A stretch of 64,000 nt of DNA from Camelus ferus (Eukaryota). Below are positions 25,701 to 50,349 of this stretch, one piece after another (within the stretch, counting starts at the first letter, position 1; every line of letters starts with the position of its first letter). The notes beneath the pieces are model-generated. The model saw nothing but the letters and a program-made list of their open reading frames with translations. It was not told the origin of the DNA and ran no database searches. Location of the stretch: positions 105,402,001 through 105,466,000 of the forward strand of contig NC_045696.1 of the NCBI RefSeq assembly GCF_009834535.1, given 5' to 3'. The translations under genes were made by a program, and so were the position numbers.

Positions 25701-28700
25701 GAATTTAATGAGCACTTAATACTGTACCAGGCCCTGTTCGGGCCGGCATATACCCCTGACATTTTAGTAGTATTAAGTCTTATCCCTCTGGCTGGTCAGT
25801 TTACAGAGAAGCTCCCCAATCACCATCCTCTGGGGGCTGAGTAGAGGACGGCTTGGTGTCTCAGCATTTAGTATTTCAAACATTTACTAGTCTCAGAATT
25901 CTCATTTAGTCTCACCTGTTTTCATATCTCCTGTCAGCCCTCCTTCCAGGGGTGCAGGGCTCCCTCAGACTGGAGACCTTCTGGTTTACCCTCCAAAGAA
26001 CAGGCCACCTTCCTGCCTTCTGTGTGTGTCAAGAGGTCGGAGGGAGAGGGGTGGGGACCTAGACACTCAGGCGGTTCAGTTTACTTGCTGGTTTTAGCAC
26101 TGCCCTTCACGAGACACCGCTGGGGATCCGAGGTGCGAATCAGGCCGTTTCTCCACTGCCTTCACTCCTGATTTAGGGATTGATCTTTTCTAGCATTTCT
26201 GCTGAATGTTTATGCTCCTCCAGCTTCTGAGCTTCCAAAATGTTGTTAACTAGTGTCTCCTCTGCCTTTCTTTGTGTCCTTGGGAGTTTATGGCTTAAGA
26301 AGAGAATCCCTTTAGTGTCATTTTAGTGGGGATTTGGAGGAAAACAAAAGTGTGTTCAGCCTACCTCATTTCATCTGCTTTGCCCTCGGCTATATCTGAC
26401 TGGTTCTGCGGATCTTCCATCCTCTACTCTTGGTTTTTATATTGTCTGCATCAGTACTCGAAGAAAAGGAGTAATGCAGATTATTCAGAATACCTTGTTA
26501 CAGGGTACTCAGGGTGAATGGAGGGAGGGGCAGCTTGTGTAGTCTGGTAAGTTCTTTTAAACACAGTGATACAGCCATCCTGAACATCTAGCCAGGCAGA
26601 ACTCGGCTGTCCAGCTTCTCCATCCTGCCCACCCCAGAGTGGGCTGTCATCATCTGATGAAGTCTTCTGCAGTTTGAGCTTTTCATCTCGTGTACCACAT
26701 CCCTGGAGCTGAAGAACTTAGGGCAGACCCCATCAGCACTGTTGTCTTGAGAGAGAAGCTAATATGGTAATTATAGTATTTGGTTTAAAAGTCTGCTTCT
26801 CATGACTGACTGGAGCATGGGAGGGCAGTTTTAGACTTCTGCCCTCTGGAACGCTTACTAATGAGTAAAAGGGACATGAGACCAACAGTAAAGGCGTAGG
26901 TAATGATACCCGTTCAATGTCAGGACCTGAAAGCAGAATGTTGCTGAATGACCTGCAGATGATAGAAATTTGGAAGGTTTTACATTTGACTTTTCTTTGA
27001 GGCCCCAGACTGGATCTCTAGGGCCCAGCTCAGTGAGATTACCAACAGCTAGGTCTCCACCACTGTGTCTTTTTTGGAAATGGCTCTTTTTCATCAACTT
27101 TCCAAAATCCTTTTCTTTTTGACATTTGTTTACTATTACATTTCTAAATTTTACTGGTGGTTACTTTACTTGAGTTTATCTAGCATTGGTCAGCTTCCCC
27201 TGACAGTAGGCATAGTGTGACTGAATTCTGTCTGCCAGGTTTGTTCTTACCAGTTAATTTAATGGCTCCTTAATTTTTCTGTCTTCAAAATTGAAGACTA
27301 TTTTTTAATCTGTTACTTTTGTTTGATGTAAGTAATGGGGCTTCCAGCAGTCAGCAGTGTATTTTTAGTTTGCGAGGGAAATGGATGACTTGCCTTGTGT
27401 GTGCACTTGTGTGCACAGACGCGCACACACACGTATATTTTATCTGTTTAGGGCTTCAAGCAACAAGCTCTTACAGTATCCACAGATCCTGAGCATCGCT
27501 TTGAACTTGCTCTTCAGCTTGGAGAACTAAAAATTGCATACCAATTAGCAGTGGAAGCAGAGGTATGTATTGATTCATGATTTTTCATAGCTGATGGAAA
27601 GGTGAATAGGTACTTCTGTGTGTTTAGTACAAGTTGTATTATTAAAGTTTTCTAAAATGCAAAGTAGTAACTCATTTTGGTGAGGTTATTGCCTCTCTTT
27701 GGTCTTTTAAAAATGAATTATGTTTATCTTTACATAAATGAATTATATTGGAGACATACATTATTATATTCTTCAATATATTCGTAGCATTCAGATTTGT
27801 TTAAGAAGTGTTACCTTACGTGAGCTCTGTTTTGGAAGAGAAGGAGAGCTGCAGGATAGTAGACCGTAGTCTGGGACTCTAAACGAGTGCACACACAGCA
27901 GTGTCCCAAACTAGTGAGAAAGATGTTAGGTTCTAAAGATGGGTTCTGACATTTTGAGACAGTTTCATGGCATTTTTATGGATCTTTGTATATTGAGGGC
28001 TCCCAGTTGTAGTTTTAAGTCTAGAATTTACTGGTAAATTCATTTCAGATGGGCTAAATAAGTTTTAGCTATGTTAAGATCATCCAAATGTGCATCATTT
28101 TATTTGATTTCTGAGAAGCTCCAAATGACAGATAATTATTCAATATTTGACATAAAAGAACTTTTTTTCAAAAAATGGTGTTAAATCACTTGTTAAAATA
28201 CTTGCAGTCTAATTACCTTAAGAATCATTAGTTTGTTCCACTGTGTCATTACAAAATGAAAACATGATGGGCTGATGATTATTCATGCATCATTGAAATT
28301 GATTTGTGTCAATTAATTTTGTGTCTGTGAATAATTTCTATTTCCTCATACATTTTGTCATTCCATTCTTACTTTGATTGATAGAACCAGTGTAACAGCC
28401 GCAGCTCTCTCTGTATATAAAATATGTATTTTATATGTAATGTGTATAATATGTATAAAACAAAAAATTGCCATCACAGTAATGTTAGCAGAATAATGTT
28501 GATGTTGGAAATCGAAATGTTCATTTTCAAAGATACTTGAATTTGGAAACTTTCTTACAGTCAGAACAGAAGTGGAAGCAGCTTGCCGAGCTTGCCATCA
28601 GTAAGTGCCAGTTTGGCCTCGCCCAGGAGTGCCTGCACCACGCGCAGGATTACGGGGGTCTGTTGCTTTTGGCCACTGCCTCTGGAAATGCTAGCATGGT

Positions 28701-31318
28701 GAACAAGCTAGCAGAGGGTGCGGAGCGAGATGGCAAGAACAACGTGGCGTTCATGAGCTACTTCTTACAGGGCAAGTAAGTATTAATCCAAGGTCTGAAA
28801 GAGGTGGGCATAGTAATTAAAAGCTTTTGCTTCTGCACTGACTTTGAGGGTGGTTTTTGGAGAGGAATGAAGAATGAACCCTGGAGAGAGCGGTGTTGCT
28901 AGTGGGAGCAGTGAGGGGCCGGGGCTACCTCGGTGGCACTCACCTTCAGCAGGGGAAGCTCTTAGGGACCACATCTGGTCTACGTGTTTGAGCAAAATGA
29001 GCTGCTCGGGGAGGCTCAACTGGGAGAAGTGTTAAATCCCTTTCTCAGCAGCCCTGTCACTGACTGACTAAGGTGTTTCATTCAATCATGGCAGGAGGCT
29101 GTTGGGCTGCTTGCTTCATTTGGTACCTGAACGGCAGGTGATTTTACCAAATTTGGGTAATTCTGATCTGTTCATGGCAAAAATAAAGAGGGATGAGGGT
29201 GCTAGTTACTGTCAGATTTGAGTCCAACTTTAAAGCATAAAAATGTCATATTTTCAAAAGTTCAGCAGTTACTGCATATCAGATTATTTCATTGGTTGAT
29301 CATCTTATAAAACACAGAAGTATTCGTTAACATTGCCCTGTATACTTTTTAAACCCACACTTAATCATAAAAACCTTGAATATATATGTATTTTATAACA
29401 TGTATTCATAAATTTATACACCTGTAAGAATAGGTCTACTATTCCTTATCAATAATTCAAAAATCCAAAATTACTGTGAGATTATTTGATGGCAAAATGT
29501 GACCTAAACTCTGAAGTATTATTATTAGTTGCTTTTATTCCACTTGGTACGTTTTTATTGCATTTAGTATTCATGTATCATTGCAGAGTACTGTTTGTGA
29601 TTTTGATGCTGATGTTAGGTAATGTGTAAGTACTTCCTAAAATCCAAAAAGTATTACCATTTTAAGGTAAAAAAAACTTCTGAATTCTAAAACATATTAT
29701 CCACCTTATCAAACTTACACAGGAAAAAATTGAAATTAAAAAAATAAAATAGATGCCTGGCTGTCTTCCTGCTAGGCACACTGGACTGTCCAGCACGGTC
29801 TGTAAAATTGAGTTTCTGCTCCTGTATTTCCTGAAAAGCCTTTAAATGTGCTCACCTAAGCTGCCTTTCCTTTAAAAGCCCCTTTAGAGTCTTAGGAAAG
29901 GTAGAGATTGAAAATGGTCACAAAAGCTGTCCTGTCCCTCACACTCCTGGAGTCCACTGATGGACTGATTATGTAACACTGGTGAGGACAAGTCAGTGGC
30001 TCAGTGACAGAAAAAGGTGTATGTGTGGGAGCTGGCGAAGGAATGCTGACTTTGCAACACTAAATCCACGTGTCTTTTATGTGTTAAGTGCTGTTATTAT
30101 AGCTTTTATTCTTGGTAACAGTGCCTCTCCTTTTTCATCTTTAGGCTTGACGCTTGCCTGGAGCTCTTGATCAGAACTGGACGACTGCCAGAAGCTGCCT
30201 TCCTGGCACGGACTTACTTACCCAGTCAGGTTTCAAGGTACAGACTTTTCATTTTAGGAAGAAATGATTTAGATAAAAACAGAGCACTTACCCAGTCTCC
30301 CTTTGGTTCCATGGTATCTGTATTAGGGTGGTGAAACTCTGGAGAGAAAGTCTCTCAAAAGTCAATCAGAAAGCAGCAGAATCCCTTGCTGATCCAACAG
30401 AATATGAAAACCTTTTTCCTGGATTAAAAGAAGCCTTTGTTGTAGAAGAATGGGTGAAGGGAACACATGCTGACCTGTGGCCGGCCAAACAGTACCCACT
30501 AGTCACGGTGAGTGCCTGGGGCAGCGTCATTTCATGTGACTGTGGGCAAAGTGCAGTCCCGACAGTCACGTTTTGAACTGCACCACTTAAATTATTGTGC
30601 GATTGAGAACTAATATCTGGGATTTAGGCCAATTTCACAGATGAATTATGCTTTCAGATATCTTTTCATGATTGCTTTATTCTCTGGTAGCCAAATGAAG
30701 AGAGAAACGTTATGGAAGAAGCAAAAGGCTTTCAGCCCTCAAGACCTGCAGCTCAGCAGGTCAGTAGAATACCACGGGAGAAGTACCATCTCCTGCTTCC
30801 CGATCCTGATCAGTCTTCCCGATCCTGATCAGTCTTCCCTTGGGGAAAACCTCAAATTCCCCTAACAAATTCCTTTGTGTTTATATGTATCTCTACTTGG
30901 GCTTTCAGGAACCTGACGGGAAACCTGTTTCTCCCACCCCTGTTATTGTGGCCGCTCACACAGCCAACAAAGAAGAAAAGGTACAGACGTCATTCCCAAA
31001 CTTGCCCTCAGGCCCAGCCTCACCTCCCTCCCCACAAATGTCTGCAGATGTGGTGGCCTCGGCCCCTGCACTGTAAGCGATGAAGTCAGTTTCAGAGCCA
31101 GGGCTTTGACGTGGGGAGATGCCCCTTCTGACTGACTGTTTAGTTCTTTTTGGATCATGAATCACAAGTAACTTTTCTTTAACACGGTACTATGTGACAC
31201 ATGCTCCTCCTTTCCTTTGCAGAGTTTACTTGAACTGGAAGTAGATTTGGATAATTTAGAACTAGAAGATATTGACACAACAGATATCAACCTGGATGAA
31301 GATATTTTGGATGACTAA
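4365..31318 (+). CDS. COPB2: Coatomer subunit beta' (COPI), 22 coding exons: join(4365-4367,8610-8747,11971-12057,12261-12387,13236-13384,15119-15265,16109-16208,16821-16963,17138-17337,18985-19095,20882-20970,21061-21167,22236-22379,23048-23179,23454-23661,27452-27562,28561-28775,30145-30237,30327-30507,30691-30759,30909-30980,31223-31318); apparent 1-bp insertion in exon 14
   Basis: Spliced translation [29 protein letters not shown]...WD40 repeats...[17 protein letters not shown] is recognisable beta'-COP. Junctions are GT-AG except one GC-AG. Exon lengths sum to 2722 nt, or 2721 nt (906 aa + stop) once the extra exon 14 base is removed. Confidence 0.98.
7541..7910 (-). mobile_element. LINE-1 3'UTR fragment (L1MA-like)
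   Basis: taattgagatataattgac...ctctggcaaccaccaatc resembles an antisense L1 3' end. Confidence 0.75.
7915..8262. mobile_element. hAT/Charlie1-like DNA transposon terminal fragment
   Basis: agatatgagaaaccaaatg...caaaaatgtgaaacattgccact...gaccaaaaagtttgacaattgctg resembles the Charlie1 end. Confidence 0.65.
8610..8747 (+). CDS. COPB2: COPB2 exon 2
   Basis: ttag|CCT...CAG|gtagg; [46 protein letters not shown]. Confidence 0.97.
11971..12057 (+). CDS. COPB2: COPB2 exon 3
   Basis: aaag|ACA...GCG|gtaag; [29 protein letters not shown]. Confidence 0.97.
12261..12387 (+). CDS. COPB2: COPB2 exon 4
   Basis: ctag|GAT...AGCG|gtaag; [42 protein letters not shown]. Confidence 0.97.
13236..13384 (+). CDS. 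COPB2: COPB2 exon 5
   Basis: ctag|AT...AAG|gtagg; [49 protein letters not shown]. Confidence 0.97.
14808..14945. mobile_element. MER5-like hAT MITE relic
   Basis: agtgtttctcaaagtg...cacctgg...ctgaatcataatctctaggg...ggcatttt. Confidence 0.6.
15119..15265 (+). CDS. COPB2: COPB2 exon 6
   Basis: gaag|GTG...CAG|gtaca; [49 protein letters not shown]. Confidence 0.97.
16109..16208 (+). CDS. COPB2: COPB2 exon 7
   Basis: acag|AAT...GACG|gtaag; [33 protein letters not shown]. Confidence 0.97.
16821..16963 (+). CDS. COPB2: COPB2 exon 8
   Basis: ttag|GA...AAG|gtaat; [47 protein letters not shown]. Confidence 0.97.
17138..17337 (+). CDS. COPB2: COPB2 exon 9
   Basis: ccag|CTT...GGGCG|gtaag; [30 protein letters not shown]...QHNPNGR. 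Confidence 0.97.
17664..17809 (+). mobile_element. tRNA-derived SINE (camelid Vic-1-like) with target-site duplication
   Basis: GGGGAGGGTATAACTC...B box GGTTCAATCCC...A-rich tail. TSD aaatattt(g/t)ctgact at 17648-17662 and 17810-17824. Confidence 0.88.
18622..18747 (-). mobile_element. tRNA-derived SINE (Vic-1-like), antisense copy
   Basis: Reverse complement reads ...GCTCAAGTGGTAGAGCGCATGCTCAGCATGCACAAGGTCCTGGGTTCAATCCCCAGTA...; core is 39/43 identical to the copy at 17664. Confidence 0.88.
18985..19095 (+). CDS. COPB2: COPB2 exon 10
   Basis: ctag|G...GA|gtaag; [36 protein letters not shown]. Confidence 0.97.
20226..20640 (-). mobile_element. LINE-1 3'UTR fragment (old L1M)
   Basis: ttttatattgaggtataatttatacag...tttgagattcatccgtattgttgcatggatcagt. 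Confidence 0.7.
20882..20970 (+). CDS. COPB2: COPB2 exon 11
   Basis: ccag|A...GAAA|gtaag; [29 protein letters not shown]. Confidence 0.97.
21061..21167 (+). CDS. COPB2: COPB2 exon 12
   Basis: ctag|GT...CAC|gtgag; [35 protein letters not shown]; preceded by a 90-nt intron. Confidence 0.97.
22236..22379 (+). CDS. COPB2: COPB2 exon 13 (followed by a GC donor)
   Basis: gcag|ATT...TTTGAG|gcacgt; [48 protein letters not shown]. Confidence 0.94.
23048..23179 (+). CDS. COPB2: COPB2 exon 14 with an apparent +1 frameshift at 23086/23087
   Basis: gcag|GTT...AG|gtagc; [13 protein letters not shown][+1 nt][30 protein letters not shown]; 132 nt where the flanking phases require 131. Confidence 0.93.
23454..23661 (+). 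CDS. COPB2: COPB2 exon 15
   Basis: ccag|G...CAG|gtaag; [29 protein letters not shown]...RVAHFLEKQ. Confidence 0.97.
25310..25450 (-). mobile_element. Short L1 3'-end fragment within older degraded LINE sequence of COPB2 intron 15
   Basis: gtacagtcagttacaatgtgtcagtttctggtgtgcagcac...ttactacaagatgttgagtatagtt is typical of a cetartiodactyl L1 tail. Confidence 0.6.
27452..27562 (+). CDS. COPB2: COPB2 exon 16
   Basis: ttag|GGC...GAG|gtatg; [37 protein letters not shown]. Confidence 0.97.
28561..28775 (+). CDS. COPB2: COPB2 exon 17
   Basis: acag|TCA...AA|gtaag; [33 protein letters not shown]...MSYFLQG. Confidence 0.97.
30145..30237 (+). CDS. COPB2: COPB2 exon 18
   Basis: ttag|G...AG|gtaca; [30 protein letters not shown]. 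Confidence 0.97.
30327..30507 (+). CDS. COPB2: COPB2 exon 19
   Basis: ttag|G...ACG|gtgag; [33 protein letters not shown]...QYPLVT; preceded by an 89-nt intron. Confidence 0.97.
30691..30759 (+). CDS. COPB2: COPB2 exon 20
   Basis: gtag|CCA...CAG|gtcag; [23 protein letters not shown]. Confidence 0.93.
30909..30980 (+). CDS. COPB2: COPB2 exon 21
   Basis: tcag|GAA...AAG|gtaca; [24 protein letters not shown]. Confidence 0.93.
31223..31318 (+). CDS. COPB2: COPB2 exon 22 coding part (acidic C-terminus and stop)
   Basis: gcag|AGT...[37 protein letters not shown]. Confidence 0.96.
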   Translation, partial: SLLELEVDLDNLELEDIDTTDINLDEDILDD

Positions 31319-32222
31319 ATGTAATGTTTCCAATTTATTCAACTAAACAGATCGTTATTATGGGCAACTATTGATCGTCACCCTGACCACAGTGCTTTGG
31401 ACTCAGAAACTTCAGGTTTTTTTTGTATGTAAATGCTGTGGCCCACTGGGAGCACAGTGCCCTCCTCATCTTCGGAGGAGTTTATGTGTGGCATCTAAAT
31501 CACTGTCTTTCTTAACTAAAACAGTTGTGGGCTTTTTTTTTTTTTCATACTGTCATTAGACCATATCCCATAAAATATTTTGAATTAATGAAGACACTTC
31601 AAAGTTTCCTTTCTGCATAATGAAAACAGGCTTCTAGTTTTAGAAGGCTAAGGCAAAACTATGCCTCCTTAGGGATCAGCCCACAGTCTCTTTGCTTTGA
31701 ATAACTATTTTCAAATATCAGTCACATTTTCCTTAGACCCAATTACCCATGCTGTAATTCTCTAACCCTTTTTCTTGATCTCACTACATCAGTCCCCTCA
31801 GTCTATGTAGCTTTCTTATGTCTTGCCCTGATTGTGTCTGGAATCGGGGTCTGAAACCCCAGCTTCTCTGACCTCATAGCTGGGCTCTATTTATAAATAG
31901 CTGGGCTCTATTTAAATTACCAGTTGGCACATTTGGTAATGCAAAAAGGCTTAGTACTTTACTTTTTTTTTTTTTTTTTTTACACACTATACTCATCTGA
32001 CATGAGAAACTGATAACCAGGCACTCAAATATACTTCCTAATTACCCCTTGGTAGCCTAGCAAAGTGAATGGAGTAACAAGTTTTTCTTTGTATTTCTGT
32101 CAGTCAGTCAGAGGCACTGTTTGGAATTTAAAAAACAAATTCTATAAGGAGCTTCCAATTTTGACATTTTTAAACAGCTCAATATTAACAGAAAAAACTA
32201 GTTAGTATTTAGTAAAGTGAAA

Positions 32223-32228
32223 TTTATT
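32223..32228 (-). terminator. MRPS22 polyadenylation signal AATAAA
   Basis: tttatt on + strand, 12 nt downstream of the MRPS22 stop codon. Confidence 0.75.
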
Positions 32229-32240
32229 TTTAAAATATTT

Positions 32241-47589
<15,349 letters not shown>

Positions 47590-48765
47590 AATTATCCGGA
47601 CCACTGACGCCGGAAGCAGCTGAGAGCGGTTCCGGGTCTCGCGCCGTTCATATGGCATTCTGGGAAATGTAGTCTGGATGAGGGAGGAGGGAGCCGGAAG
47701 CGATGTAACTTAATGTTTATAAAACAGTAACATATAAAATCTATAAAATAATGTTATTGTTAATCTAGAAAACAAAACAAATGTATAGATTGTTTCTTAT
47801 AAACCGCTTTTTCACACGTAGAAGGTGTTTATGTTCTCCTTTTTCAGGGACCTTTCCTTCGTTTCCATGGCTCTAAATAACAAATTTCCATTTCCTGCCC
47901 AACCCTTTCCTCCCAGCCCCAGGTTTAAATCCAACTGCCTATTCGACTTCTCCATTCAGACTTCTCACAGGACCCCTCCACGCCTGTCCACTCCTCCCCA
48001 CCCCCAAATACCACCTGATAACAAGTCCTGATTGCCACCACCACCATCATCCTGCATCAACTCATACACCTTTTTCTGTCTCAGAAGGATCTTACTTTCT
48101 TTCACAGACTTTTTCTCAGTTTGTGATTATTCTGCTCAATTATCTGCTTGCTTTTGTCATGCCATGAAGACAATGACTTTATATATTGTATAACACCTAG
48201 CCCAATAATATATTGATGTACACAGCAAACATTTGTTGAATAAATGACTAAATGAATGATTAAAGGATCCTGTTATTTTCTTCCCAGCTGTCCAGGATGT
48301 GCAGGTCTTATTCTCCCCTAGACTATAGGTTGGTGCTTGTGTTAAGAACTTATCTCAAGGCCTGGCTAAAGAAGGGTGTTAAGTAAATGACTGTTTGAAT
48401 TAGTCGGACAGGTAGACTTATAGTCTAACCTCACCTCACCCGCTGCCCATTAAGAGCTCCGTTTATGAACTCATTCTCTATCTGGGCAGGGAAGGAGAGT
48501 CCTCGGCTTGGTACTGCTCTCAGGCATGACTGTTACCCAGTGCTTCCTAACACTTCCTCTTACATCTACATGATAAAAGGTGTCAGGGAGTGGTAGTGGA
48601 AGGCATGCAAGTGTCTCCCAGTTATGCCTTTCCTATGAGAATACACCACCTATTTTCCCAGCGGATAGGCATCTGTGGCTGTGTATTTCCCATTAACATC
48701 CCCCTGGATAAAACCGATTGGACTGTGAGTGGACATAACGCAGTAGAAATTAATCCACTGGCTGC

Positions 48766-49235
48766 TGTGTTAGTTCCCTGTAGCTGCTGTAACAAGTTAT
48801 GGCAAATCTGTTTGCTTAAAACAACAGAAATTTATTCTATCACAGTTCTGGATGCCAGTAATCTAAATCAGTCTCACTGGGCTGAAGTCAAATTATCAGC
48901 AAAGCTGTGCTCCCTTCAGGGGCTCTAGGGGAGAATCTGTTCCTTGTCTCTTCCAGATTCTTGTGGCTGCAAACATTCCTTGGCTTATGGCTGCATCACT
49001 CCAATCTCTGCTTCATATCACCTTCTCTTCTGTCTGTGCCCAGTCTCCCTTTGCCTTACTCTATAAGGTTATATATAGGATTGCATTTCAGAACAGAGCA
49101 AGGTAGTCTCTCCATCTTAAAATCCTTAATCACTTCTTCAAAAAGCCGATTTCCTTAAAACATTCACAGGTTCCAGGGACTAGCAAGTAAGTATCTTTTC
49201 AGGAAGAAGGGAGGACATTTTTTCTCCCTACCCCA
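48766..49235. mobile_element. MaLR MLT1-type solo LTR
   Basis: tgtgttagttccctgtagctgctgtaacaag...aaacaacagaaatttattctatcacagttctgga...cattcacaggttccaggga. Confidence 0.8.
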
Positions 49236-49993
49236 GCTGTCCAGGCACCAAACAGATTTTATCTCAATGTTTCAAACTAAGAAACACAAACTATAGTTGA
49301 CGGTAGAAGCTTGAAGTGAATAACTATTTAGAGTTAGGTTTGGAGCAACCTTTTCCAGCAATATGCTCACTGATGAGTGAGCAGAGAAAGCCAGGAAAAT
49401 GGAGCTGGAGCTGAGATGGCAGACTAGGAGGTTTGAGAAAGAGAGACATGGAGGAAGGCGCTGTCTTCCTCCAGAGACGCTCCCACATTTCTTCCATTAA
49501 TCTGCTTTACTTGGGCTATACTAAATTTTATGGATGGCGTGACTAAGATTTCTGGTTCCAGCTTTAATCTTGGGCACATTCCCTCATCTTTCAGAGCCTC
49601 AGCCCCTCATCTGCAAAATGGGTACAATGATAGTACTTATCTTGCAGACTCTGAGGATAAAGTACCTTCGGTATCTAATGCCTGGTGGTTCCAAAGTAGG
49701 TGCAAGAATGTCATGTGGCAGCCAGTCAGTGGCTTTCTAGAGAACTTTAGAGGGAGAGCTTTACAGAGTTATATGCTAAGATTCTCTGGTTGCAAGTGAC
49801 AGAAATCTTCCCTGTATAAAACAGACATGGAAGTAATGGTAAGGATGTTTACTATCTCCCAGAGTTAAATGGAAAGCTGAATAGCCAAGACTCCAGAAAG
49901 ACTTGAAGGATGGAAGCCCCAGGGTCCCCAGAGGCAAGAACTAAAGAGAAATTTCTCCAGGAGGCTGCTGTCAGAATGACTTGGTTCCAACTA

Positions 49994-50349
49994 CAGTTGG
50001 CCCCTCCAAACCCATGAATTACACATTCACGGTTCTGTATCCATGGGTTCAACCAACTGTGGATCAAAAATATGCAAAGAATAAAATTCCAGAAAGTTTC
50101 AAAAAGCAAAACTTGAATTTGCCACGTGCTGGCAAATACTTACATAGCTTTTACATTGTATTTGCAACTACTGAAATAGCATTTACCTTGTATTGGGTAT
50201 TACAAGTAGTCCAGAGATGATTTAAAGTATAAGAGAGAATGTGTGTGGGTTATATGTAAATACTACATCATTTTATGTAAGGGACTTGAGCATCCTTGGA
50301 TTTTGGTATTGGGGGGGGTTAATCCTCTGAGGATCTTGAGGGACGATTC
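49994..50349. mobile_element. MER2-like Tigger (Tc1/mariner) MITE nested in an MLT1-type LTR (about 49770-50460)
   Basis: ta|cagttggccctc...gagggacgattc|ta termini with TA flanks; internal gggacttgagcatccttggattttggtat. Confidence 0.8.

Noticed and set aside
30216..30297. 12-bp direct repeat ACTTACCCAGTC in COPB2 exon 18 and intron 18
   Set aside because: Short, with no structural or splicing consequence I can support.
4365..31318. COPB2 as a pseudogene because of the exon 14 frameshift
   Set aside because: There is only one lesion. All other exons, splice sites, the promoter and the synteny with MRPS22 are intact, and the gene is essential.
47590..47658. In-frame upstream ATG (47658) extending MRPS22 by 23 aa
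   Set aside because: It lies inside the ZNF143-type promoter motif, probably upstream of the TSS. The ATG at 47589 has good Kozak context and gives the expected protein length and presequence.
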